Both the position numbers and the translations under genes were made by a program. A stretch of 21,468 nt of DNA. It comes from Chthoniobacteraceae bacterium (lineage in GTDB: Bacteria > Verrucomicrobiota > Verrucomicrobiia > Chthoniobacterales > Chthoniobacteraceae). Below are positions 11,401 through 18,866 of this stretch, piece by piece. The first letter of the stretch is position 1. The number at the start of each line of letters is the position of its first letter. The stretch covers positions 1 to 21,468 of the forward strand of contig JANNWY010000007.1 in NCBI GenBank assembly GCA_031409335.1, read 5' to 3'. The notes below the pieces were generated by a model, which made no database searches, had not been told where the DNA came from, and was given only the letters and a program-made list of their open reading frames with translations.

Positions 11401-12084
11401 GACCACGATTCCGCGCGAGCTTTGATTCTTCAGCAGGATGAGATCGTGATAACGAAATGCGACCAGCCGCTCGTTGCCTTCGAGCCCTTTCATTTTCACA
11501 TCGGCGGTCCCATTTCCGCCAAAGGTCAGCGACTCGAGCGGCGATTGCCCGTGCTGATAAATCGACTTGTCCGCCTCGTCCGCCGCATTGAGCTGATACA
11601 CGATGTCGATCGCCTGCGCCGCCATGCCGAGCTGCGCCATGAAGCCGTAGTAAGCGACGACCTGTTTCTGATCCATGCCCGCCTTCGAGATGAGATCGTA
11701 AAGCTGAACGCCGAGCATGATTTTCCGCTCCGCGGAAAGCTCCGCCGCGAGCTTCTGCGCCATCGCCGTCAAGTCCTGCTGCTCGTTCAGCGCCTGGCGG
11801 AAAAGTTTGCGCAATTCCGAATAAACCGCCTCCGGATAATCGTAACGCAGGAAGCCGAGCGAAGAGTCGATTTCCTCCTCGAGCACCTGCCCGTCCGCCT
11901 TGGAAAACGCCGCCAGCACTTGGATCAGGAGCGGCAGCAAATTCGGGCTCTCCGTCACCGTCCGCGGCTTGCGCAGAATCCGCCGCACCGTCCCATCCGC
12001 GAGCCGCCGCAGCCGGTGCGCGAGCGGGCTCTGCTGCATGTGCTCGCGAAAGTGGCGGGAAAAGCCGTTGGAAAAGATGCTCAT
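8431..12084 (-). CDS. Large fused ABC exporter: TerB-like N-terminal domain, beta-rich (possibly FHA-like) region, ABCG/White-type ATPase, ABC-2 permease
   Basis: Walker A GASGSGKST, Q-loop YIPQDD, signature LSGGE, Walker B FLFDEPTSGL, H-loop TIHQP, then several TM helices. N-terminal LAAFSKADGQVLEEE resembles the TerB/DjlA motif. The FHA-like assignment is tentative. Confidence 0.85.
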   Translation of the reverse strand: MSIFSNGFSRHFREHMQQSPLAHRLRRLADGTVRRILRKPRTVTESPNLLPLLIQVLAAFSKADGQVLEEEIDSSLGFLRYDYPEAVYSELRKLFRQALNEQQDLTAMAQKLAAELSAERKIMLGVQLYDLISKAGMDQKQVVAYYGFMAQLGMAAQAIDIVYQLNAADEADKSIYQHGQSPLESLTFGGNGTADVKMKGLEGNERLVAFRYHDLILLKNQSSRGIVVRGRPLGPGAFCRVYSGQRIILGEQVLTYQDLAYYFNAKKNVSLTQVYLAIDNNDEVDIEKVRNRESSLEVIFGLKVQVRALRTVDALLNGVALRAGTVVEASLDDKIVFHNDSELPLADLRRRARALGGRFQLKAYKSGYLVSNNPSLLDHDDILLSPGTSGEVLLKILCDYENKVGRLEVLQADRPIIVGDQQVKGMVDLKDGDTIRIDTGQVLRCNFSERIIEEERNIISSLELRDLTHRFRRDATGLDGINFSMRRGEMVCVMGASGSGKSTLLRCIAGQLSPTEGEVLLNGQALYSDLETLKTFVAYIPQDDAFDDHLTIEENMEFAAAIRSPHLSGRDRSRRIEGRLIELGLIERRGSVVGNPVKKRLSGGERKRLNIGLDMISSADVFLFDEPTSGLSSKDSEHVIEIIRAMAHNKIVLVTIHQPTSKLFQMFSKALLLDKGGRLVFYGTPGEMLNYFAEAEHEQHFGTELGGCPACGTTRPEFIFDVLETPLRDLSGDIIYEENSQGQLVPARRFSPDYWRDKYESFRLLQDVKQVNLRKAAATSVEPMERALMDRKRQAIRWRDEWTQFRTLWRRAFISKLRNRGNLFLTVLVPPALALLVGWALYFTDDASGKYTFASAFHIPTYIFIALLVALFLALMNSVDDIIRDRVVLHRERNLDVRLGSYVAAKFGALVLFSAVQCALFILVGNHILEIRGMFWPYFWFMLITAASGTSLGLLISSIVADSKTAANFVPLVLIPQLIFGGALIKYEDMNKDLDAIYTIKRWISTHPREVPHPREDEQLTVPLISRFVATHYSYEALIVAQARLNPLAGRQDELQEQIDAIAGNRERTPAETSRLEDLKDTLALLSGLESGSEAEIVKRLKRVDKIIDGGPLETTGLRSRTSGVTAERLYTNQKVNDLVSKAETEQSDYRRPRPVNVFFGPAKRHYFGPERWEFVHDHPLVLTVFTRNALVLITTSLVQLVLLYAILRRQLRTRGI

Positions 12085-12231
12085 TAAAATTGCTGCCGCG
12101 ATTCCGGCACTGCCGAAATGCGAGCAAGAATCGTAACATTACGCGCGGAGGTTTGTCGATGGAGCGGCGGAATTCAGGGGCGGGAGCGTGATCGAAAGTG
12201 GTGCAAATTTCAGGGTCGGGGTGGCCCTGCC

Positions 12232-12269
12232 GGCGGTTAACCGCCAAACGCCAAACGTCAAACGCCAAA
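12232..12269. repeat. 14-bp palindrome overlapping four tandem heptamers
   Basis: GGCGGTTAACCGCC (12232-12245); CGCCAAA CGCCAAA CGTCAAA CGCCAAA (12242-12269). Confidence 0.75.
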
Positions 12270-12410
12270 TGAAGGTCAGTGCGAGCGCGAGATTGCGAAT
12301 GCGGAGCGATAAAAGAGTGGCGAGCACGGCGGGAAAATGCGGGTGCATTGCGCTGACGGAATCCGAAAAAGAGCATGAAGGCAGCGAAAGTCGTCGCACC
12401 TTTCGCTCGA

Positions 12411-13541
12411 TCAAACCCGTCTCGATGAAATGCCCTCCCGTCTTTGCCAGAGCACACCCATCAGCGCCAGCGCGGTGAATACACCGGAAGGTTCGGGAAT
12501 TGCCTCATACGCGCCGATATCGACTCGGGCCACACCGTCACCATTGCCATCCGCGGGGCGGAGGTTTCCGATAAAGTCACGGGAAGGAGCGCCCAAGGAA
12601 GAACCCGCGTCGATGGCCGGTGAAAGGCCGAGCAGACGGAAATCATTTGCTGCCGCATTGCGGAACAAGGGATCAGCGGAAATGTTCCCATTCAGACCAG
12701 TTTGGCTGGAGATGAGATCGTAGTTAGTCGTGTTTCCAAACACGAGGTTGTTCTGAAATGTGGGATTGTTTGCCTCAGTCCCGAAGTCCACCTCCAACCC
12801 AATCCCATTATTGGTAATGACATTGTTTCGGATGATATGGCCGAGGGAAATCACGCGCCGGTCCAACCGGATACCGACACTATTGCCATCGATCGTATTG
12901 TTCAGCACCAGCGGATTGACTCCCGACGGCAGGCTGAGATTGATCGCCCGGCTCGAGTTGTCGTAAAACACGTTATTCATGATTTGCGGCGAAGAACTAT
13001 TCGCGAAGGAAACCACGCCTGACAGAAACTGGAAATCGCTGGTATTGCCACGGAAGATGTTGTTTTCGATGACCGGGGACGAACTGTTGCCGCCGATCGC
13101 CGCGCCAAACCCACCCGCTCTCTGGACATTGTTCTCAAAGATATTGTTGCGGATGATGCTACTAACACTTCCAGCGACAATATTGATACCCGCACCGGAA
13201 GACTCGTTGCCTCCGCTGATCGTAAAGCCATCGACCGTCGATCCATTGCCAGTCATCGCGATGACTCTGCCAAGACCACCGGCGCTGATCCTGGTGGAAG
13301 CGGCTCCATCCATGCTCATCACAAAGACTTGTTTGGACGATAGGCTGAGCGTTTCGTTGTAGGTGCCCGCCCCGACGAGGATCGTATCTCCGGGATTCGC
13401 TGCATTGATGGCGGACTGGATGCGGAAGGATGGGTTCGGGACAACAATCACCGCGCCGTTTGCAGGCTCGATCAGGCAACTGATGCCGAATACGAGAAAG
13501 CGCAAGATGCAGGCAGAGAGATTCGTGGTTCTGGGATTCAT
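12411..13541 (-). CDS. PEP-CTERM protein with right-handed parallel beta-helix repeats and a choice-of-anchor-Q-like C-terminal region
   Basis: Signal peptide; IQSAINAANPGDTILVGAGTYNE; Asn-rich I-x-NN repeats; ADPLF...DFRLLGLSPAIDAG...DIGAYE; IPEPS + TM + RR tail. Confidence 0.88.
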   Translation of the reverse strand: MNPRTTNLSACILRFLVFGISCLIEPANGAVIVVPNPSFRIQSAINAANPGDTILVGAGTYNETLSLSSKQVFVMSMDGAASTRISAGGLGRVIAMTGNGSTVDGFTISGGNESSGAGINIVAGSVSSIIRNNIFENNVQRAGGFGAAIGGNSSSPVIENNIFRGNTSDFQFLSGVVSFANSSSPQIMNNVFYDNSSRAINLSLPSGVNPLVLNNTIDGNSVGIRLDRRVISLGHIIRNNVITNNGIGLEVDFGTEANNPTFQNNLVFGNTTNYDLISSQTGLNGNISADPLFRNAAANDFRLLGLSPAIDAGSSLGAPSRDFIGNLRPADGNGDGVARVDIGAYEAIPEPSGVFTALALMGVLWQRREGISSRRV

Positions 13542-13842
13542 GCTCCGTGATGGCTAATCGGTTGGGGTTGAATCGCAAGAGTTCGACAACGATCCGCGCG
13601 AAAAACGCCCTCCCTGCGCCGCCGCAGGCGGGGCCGGAAGGGATTCGTGAGTGGTGGACGGGCGGGTGTTGGACACAGGGTTCATGGTGTTCGGGTTGCC
13701 CTATCCCGTGTCCAAGAAATTCGGTGGCGGCATTATTTTCCCAGCGGCACGCATCGCCAGCGAAATCATCCCCGCCAAGGACATTGATCTCGCACATTTA
13801 ATTTAGCCGCAGGGCAGGCTATCCAAAATCCCTTTGCACACT

Positions 13843-14162
13843 ATGAAGCCTAGATCGCACTTAATCGTCCTCATCGCTGGCACATTGCCGACCATCACTG
13901 CACTCGCCGCAGATCCTCCTCCCAAGCAGGCCAAAGCCGATCAGATAATGCTTCCAAAACTGGTTTTTAACAAAGCGACCGTTCCTGAGGCGGTAAAATT
14001 CCTAACCCGCAAGAGTCGCGATCTCGACCCAGCGAAGACTGGCGTGAGCATCGTGTTCACGGGGCCAACAGATGACGCTACCCGCGTGAGTATTGACCTC
14101 TCAAATATATCAATTGCGGGTGCCGCGAAGAAAATTGCCGAAGCTGCGAATCTCGAAATCCG
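13843..14162 (+). CDS. 5' exon of a small secreted STN/secretin-N0-like protein, interrupted by a group II intron
   Basis: Signal peptide MKPRSHLIVLIAGTLPTITALA; IMLPKLVFNKATVPEAVKFLTRKSRDLDP...VSIDLSNISI...AAKKIAEAANLEIR resembles STN-like modules. The exon ends in a split codon (CG) just before GTGCG. Confidence 0.75.
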
Positions 14163-14862
14163 GTGCGCCCGTGAAGCGCGCCTCAACGCGGGTGAAAGTC
14201 CCGCCGGTGCAATTAGACGGTTCAGCACCGAAGACCGTGCCAACTGCGTCGCCGTGAGGCGGGGTGGGGAGCAGGCATGGAGTCGAACCGGCAGGTCGCA
14301 ATGAACATGAACCACATAAATGAGCCTCGAAAAAGTCCTCCCGGCAGCCGAGCCCCTCGAATTTGGGCGAAGGCCGCAGAGTCGATCCCCAGACCAACCG
14401 TCGCGGGGACCGACAATAGACCGGCGGGGTCGGCGTGGGCGACATGCTGGGAAGTGATGCGCGGGTAAGCGGGGAGACCTGTCAATGGCGAGTAAAGAAG
14501 ACTCAACCAGCGGCGCAACCCCTGCAAAGGGGGAGGCCGCGCGGGCCGTGGCAGGAGTCGGAGTCCTCCATAGTAGCGTTGATCTTTGGGACACTACAAC
14601 CCACGGGGAGCCAAGGGAGGGCACTTATCCCAATGCGCTGAGGAGAAGCGAAGGATCGGGTGACGGCTCCACAGGAGCTATCAGCGCCCATGATGATTCG
14701 GCAGCTTCCATTCACGCTATGGCGCAAAGCGAAAGTGATGCGTAAGAATGGAATTCGGAAAGCCGGATGCGGGAAAACCGCCTGTCCGGTTTGATGAGGG
14801 GCGGGGAGCAGACGGTCATTGGCCCTCGGGCCTCTCAATCCGTCGCTTCCCGCCCACTCTAC
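14163..14862 (+). mobile_element. ORF-less group II intron ribozyme, 700 nt (bacterial class E/F-like; class tentative)
   Basis: 5' GTGCG. DI hallmarks GCGGGTGAAAGTCCCGC and CCGAGCC...GGCGAAGGC. DII stem 14478-14489/14545-14555. J2/3 GGA 14560-14562. DIII GTCCTCCATAGTAG...GGAGGGC 14563-14622. DV AAGCCGGATGCGG-GAAAA-CCGCCTGTCCGGTTT with the AGC triad at 14761. DVI 14796-14859 with bulged A14856. 3' end AC. Confidence 0.93.
14660..14794 (+). pseudogene. Remnant of the N-terminus of the intron-encoded reverse transcriptase/maturase in domain IV
   Basis: GTG start after GAAGGA; 44-aa ORF MTAPQELSAPMMIRQLPFTLWRKAK..., resembling the IEP N-terminal IRxLQxxLYRKAK pattern, running straight into DV. 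No YADD motif or RT core. Confidence 0.65.
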
Positions 14863-15013
14863 CATGAACGGTGAAGAAATTCTTTTGACATCTAAACTCG
14901 CGAAGCCAACCGCAACCACTGTTCCGGCCAAGGCGCAAAACCCACAAATTCCCGGACTCGAACGCGTCCCGGAAACTCCGGCACAGATTCCCGGACTGCC
15001 TGTCCCCAAATGA
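14863..15013 (+). CDS. 3' exon of the STN-like protein (spliced product 156 aa)
   Basis: Joining CG (14161-14162) to C (14863) gives Arg, followed in frame by MNGEEILLTSKLAKPTATTVPAK...QIPGL...QIPGLPVPK*. Confidence 0.78.
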
Positions 15014-15129
15014 CCAGAACGGCCAACCCGCGCTCCAGCGAACTGGCGTGACTGTCACGGCACCTGCATCCGCCGCCACCTTTCCAACCAATATGCAGCC
15101 CCCAACCCCCGAAACTGCTCAACTGCCTG

Positions 15130-16596
15130 CTAGTTTCGCTCAGCCGCCAGCGCGGCGAGCAGTTCGTTGAGGTCCATCGTCACGATCGTCGCCGCCGTGT
15201 CGCTCATCGCGTAGGGCATGATGAGTCGTCCGCGGTGGAGCAAGGCACCGCAGGTATAGACTACGTTCGGCACATAGCCTTCGCGCTCGTTGCCCTCGGG
15301 ACTTAGGAGCGGCTCACTGAGATGACTTAGCACCCTTGACGGATCATCGAGATCGAGAAGCATCGCGCCGATACAGTATTTACGCATGGGTCCGACGCCA
15401 TGCGTGATGACCAGCCACCCGGCCTCCGTCTCGATCGGCGAGCCGCAGTTGCCGATCTTCACCATTTCCCAAGGCTGTCCCGGTTTGCGCAGCACTTTCG
15501 GATCGCTCCAAAAGTGCGGGTTATCGGAGAGCATGAGGAAAAGATCCTCATCGTTTTGACGCGAGATCATGGCATAGCGCCCGTCGATGCGGCGGGGGAA
15601 GAAAGCCATGCCTTTGTTCTGCACCGCGCGTCCGTTCAGCGTGAGAGCGCGGAAGTGGAGGAAATCAGTGGTTTCGAGGAGCTGGGGCAGGATCGCGCGG
15701 CCATTGTACGCGGTGTAAGTCGCGTAATAGATGACGCTGCCATCATCCTCGACAAATCTAACAAAGCGCGCGTCCTCCATGCCATTGCTCTCATTCGAGG
15801 AAACCGGGAAAATGATGCGCTCGGAGACGGCGACCGACGGGGCGAAATGGATTTCGTAGTTCGACTCCGCCAGCCAGCGGACACACTCCATCGTCCGCTG
15901 CACTTCGCGCGGCAGCGGCTGCTTTCCCTTGATCGCACGGTGCATCGACCTTTCCAACTCGTGAAGGGTGAAGGCTTCGCCGAGCGACTCCATGACGAAG
16001 GCGGACCAATCGTTCTCGAAACCCATTTCCATGAGCTTGTGAAGGAAGACACTCTTGCGATAAGTCGGGTTCGGGTTCAGTGCGGGCGCGCTGACGAAAG
16101 GTGACGGTTTTTCCACGGTGATCGAATGATCCGCGTGAATCACTCCGGTCCGAAACTCGATGGACGAGATGTGACCCTCGCCAGTCGCGCGCAGGCTCAG
16201 GATGAAGCGCAGGTCGCCGTCGGCGAGGCCATCTTGGTCTGGATGCGGGACGATCGACGGGTTGAAGAGGGCGGCGGATTCCAGCGCATACTCGCCTGAG
16301 AAAAGCGCGCCGATGTAGAGCTGGCGGGCCTCGGAGAGCGGGCGGCTGCTGAAGACGTGCGCCTTGACCTTCTCAAAGTGCTGCCGCCAAATCGCCCGGA
16401 TGTCCACGTGCCGGCTGTCGAAGTCCGCGGAAACAGCGGTGAGCTGTTCGGCGGTTTCGGCCTCGCTGAGCGCCAGCGCGCGGCCGATGATATTTACGAT
16501 GCGCGCCGGATCGCCGGGGATGAATGGGCGAATCAATACCCGTGAGTTGTCGGGTCGGAAGGTGATGCCGGTGGGATGGATGGTTAGGCTGCGCAT
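15130..16596 (-). CDS. Glycoside hydrolase family 130 (beta-mannoside phosphorylase/glycosidase-like)
   Basis: LFNPS, GMEDARF, YATYTAYNG, NKGMAFFP, KIGNCGSPIETEAGWLVITHGV, YVPNVVYTCG motifs. Start ATG 16596 (MRSLTIHP) overlaps the upstream gene's end by 13 nt. Confidence 0.88.
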   Translation of the reverse strand: MRSLTIHPTGITFRPDNSRVLIRPFIPGDPARIVNIIGRALALSEAETAEQLTAVSADFDSRHVDIRAIWRQHFEKVKAHVFSSRPLSEARQLYIGALFSGEYALESAALFNPSIVPHPDQDGLADGDLRFILSLRATGEGHISSIEFRTGVIHADHSITVEKPSPFVSAPALNPNPTYRKSVFLHKLMEMGFENDWSAFVMESLGEAFTLHELERSMHRAIKGKQPLPREVQRTMECVRWLAESNYEIHFAPSVAVSERIIFPVSSNESNGMEDARFVRFVEDDGSVIYYATYTAYNGRAILPQLLETTDFLHFRALTLNGRAVQNKGMAFFPRRIDGRYAMISRQNDEDLFLMLSDNPHFWSDPKVLRKPGQPWEMVKIGNCGSPIETEAGWLVITHGVGPMRKYCIGAMLLDLDDPSRVLSHLSEPLLSPEGNEREGYVPNVVYTCGALLHRGRLIMPYAMSDTAATIVTMDLNELLAALAAERN

Positions 16597-18866
16597 GTTT
16601 GGGTAAGACTGATTCGCGCTCCTTCGACACGAGTGATTTCCGCGAAGGAGAGGTAGAAGGCCAGGCTCGATTCCGCGCCTTGGTTTTGGTTGAGGTGATC
16701 TTGCAGCAGCGCATCGCGGCAGCCGCCGGTGGTGGGATCGTAGAGCGGCTGACCGAGATCGTTGCGACCGAGAAACCACTCGAAGCAACGCCGCGCGGCC
16801 TTATACCAGAACGCTTCGCGCGTTACCGAGTATGCCTCAAGACACGCGGAGACCATCGCGTAGGCTTCGAGAGGCTGCTGATCAAACCGCGCCCGTTCAC
16901 CGCCGCGCGCCCAGAAGCCGTGGCAGCCGATCGGCGCGAAGTGTCCGGCCTCCGCGGTCTGCGCCTTCAGCAGCCAGCGCAGCGACGAGAGACCCATTTC
17001 CAGGATGTCCGGTTGCGAAGTCCAGTGACCGCTCAGAATCATCGCATGGGATAGCTTGGCGTTATCATAGGTCGCGATGCGTTCAAACCATTGCCACTCG
17101 GGAGTGGAGTTCGCGCGGAATAGGTCGGCCAGCATTGTCGTCAGCACATCGCGCGTCTGGCTGACTACGCGATCGCCGGAAAAAGTCCGCAGATATTCGT
17201 GAATCGCGATGATCGCAAAGGCCCACGCGCGCGGTGAGCTGAAGCGCCCAACTGGGGCCAGCCCGCGCTGGAAAAGCAGGCCGCACAGATTTCGATGCCC
17301 TTCATTGTGCGAGCGGCCGAGCGCAGTCCCGACCGCCCAAAGCGCCCGCGCATGGCTGTCCTCGGAGCCATGCAATTCCAGCCACTTCCGCTCATGGCTC
17401 ATGAAGTTGCGGAAGCGGCAGGTATTTGCGTCGAAGGCATACCAAAGGAACGCGAGGTAAGTGCTCGACAGCCTGTCCAGCTCTGGCTGCAAACCTTCGA
17501 TCTCCTGCATCAGCACCGTGAAGATAAAAGCCCTCGCATTATCGTCCGTGCAATAGGCCTCGTGGTAGTTTGGCACGTTGTAGATCGCGTGCTGAAAGAT
17601 GCCGGTGTGGTCGCTCATCTTGAAGAGATGATCGAGCTTCAGCACAGGCATCGGATAGTTTTCGTTCTCCACCTTGCGCGCAGCGGCGGTCGCGACCGAT
17701 GGCACGCTCAAGCCGGCGCGCGCCTTTTCAAAACTCTCCATGTAACGCCGCGCCACCACTGGCCAGATCATCTCCCGGCCAGCCTTCCAGGCCCGCTTGC
17801 GCATCGCGGTCATTAGATTCGGGTTCGAGAGAAAATGGGTCACGCCTTCAGCGATGGCTGGCGCATCCGCGAATGGCACAAGGATGCCGCGCCCCTCCGC
17901 GAGCAATTCCTGCGCGTGCCAATATGGTGTCGAAATGACCGCCTTTCCCGAGCCAAAGGTATAAGCCAGCGTGCCGGAAGTGATCTGCGCTTCATTGAGG
18001 TAAGGCGTGATGTAGATGTCCGACCCGCCGATGAATTCCTTGAGTTCGTCCAACGACACATAGCGATTGTGAAAGATCACATGGTCGCTGACGCCGCGCT
18101 CGACGGCCAGTCGCTCCAGCTTCTCCCGATAGGCTTCCCCTTCCCGGGCGATCAGATGCGGATGGGTCGCTCCCAGCACGATATAGACAATGTTCGGATG
18201 CCGCTGGAGGATCGCGGGCAGTGCGTCGATGACATGCTCGATGCCCTTGTTTGGCGAAAGGAGCCCGAAGGTCAGCAGGACCGTCTTTCCCTCCACACCC
18301 AGCTCTTCCTTGAAGAAGTTCGAGTCGATGAATGGCATGTCGATCACGCCGTGCGGGATCAGGTCGATCTTTTCCGGCGCGATGCCATAGATCGTCTCCA
18401 GAAAATCGCGACCGCGCTCAGCCATCACGATGAACCGCTCGGAGAGCGAATCGAGCTGCTTCATCACTGCGCGCTGATCGTCGTTCGGATCCCGCAGCAC
18501 GGTGTGCAACGTCGTCACCACCGGCATCCGCACGTCCCGGAGGAAAGCCAGCAGGTGGCTGCCAGCCGCGCCACCGTAGATGCCGAACTCGTGCTGCACC
18601 GAGATCACCTCGACGTTGTTGATGTTCAGGAATTCCGCCGCGCGCCGATATGAGTCGAGTTCCTGCTCCGCGAGTTCAAAGCGCACTCGCTGCGGATACT
18701 CATAGCCTTCCGGGCGATCATTGACCGACCCGACAATGCAATGTGCCTGCGGAAACTCCGCCGCGACGGCTTCGCAAATGTCTGCCGTGAAAGTCGCGAT
18801 GCCACAGCGCCGTGGCACGTAGTTGCCGAGGAAGGCGATGTGTTTGGTATTAAGAGGTGTGTCCAT
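16584..18866 (-). CDS. GT4-family glycosyltransferase fused to a C-terminal helical glycosidase-like domain
   Basis: YVPRRCGIATFT, QHEFGIYGG, IPHG, FGLLSPNKGIE, QITSGTLAY, VISTPYWHAQE; C-terminal GIFQHA...YCTDDNARA...FDQQPLE...NQGAESSLA. Start ATG 18866 (MDTPLNTK). Confidence 0.88.
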   Translation of the reverse strand: MDTPLNTKHIAFLGNYVPRRCGIATFTADICEAVAAEFPQAHCIVGSVNDRPEGYEYPQRVRFELAEQELDSYRRAAEFLNINNVEVISVQHEFGIYGGAAGSHLLAFLRDVRMPVVTTLHTVLRDPNDDQRAVMKQLDSLSERFIVMAERGRDFLETIYGIAPEKIDLIPHGVIDMPFIDSNFFKEELGVEGKTVLLTFGLLSPNKGIEHVIDALPAILQRHPNIVYIVLGATHPHLIAREGEAYREKLERLAVERGVSDHVIFHNRYVSLDELKEFIGGSDIYITPYLNEAQITSGTLAYTFGSGKAVISTPYWHAQELLAEGRGILVPFADAPAIAEGVTHFLSNPNLMTAMRKRAWKAGREMIWPVVARRYMESFEKARAGLSVPSVATAAARKVENENYPMPVLKLDHLFKMSDHTGIFQHAIYNVPNYHEAYCTDDNARAFIFTVLMQEIEGLQPELDRLSSTYLAFLWYAFDANTCRFRNFMSHERKWLELHGSEDSHARALWAVGTALGRSHNEGHRNLCGLLFQRGLAPVGRFSSPRAWAFAIIAIHEYLRTFSGDRVVSQTRDVLTTMLADLFRANSTPEWQWFERIATYDNAKLSHAMILSGHWTSQPDILEMGLSSLRWLLKAQTAEAGHFAPIGCHGFWARGGERARFDQQPLEAYAMVSACLEAYSVTREAFWYKAARRCFEWFLGRNDLGQPLYDPTTGGCRDALLQDHLNQNQGAESSLAFYLSFAEITRVEGARISLTQTCAA

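Noticed and set aside
7867..12087. 1406-aa plus-strand ORF
   Set aside because: Antisense shadow of the ABC exporter and phosphatase genes; no recognisable motifs; expected from codon bias in GC-rich genes.
14277..14745. Small ORFs inside the intron (14277-14468, 14435-14641, 14485-14745) as maturase or homing endonuclease
   Set aside because: No YADD, HNH or LAGLIDADG motif; they overlap structured ribozyme domains.
15047..15059. CGTGAC-T-GTCACG palindrome between convergent genes
   Set aside because: A one-nt loop and no U-tract, so not a terminator; too short to interpret alone.
16597..16788. N-terminal extension of the GH130 ORF in the track
   Set aside because: Overlaps the GT4 C-terminus by about 200 nt; the ATG at 16596 gives the usual short coupling overlap.
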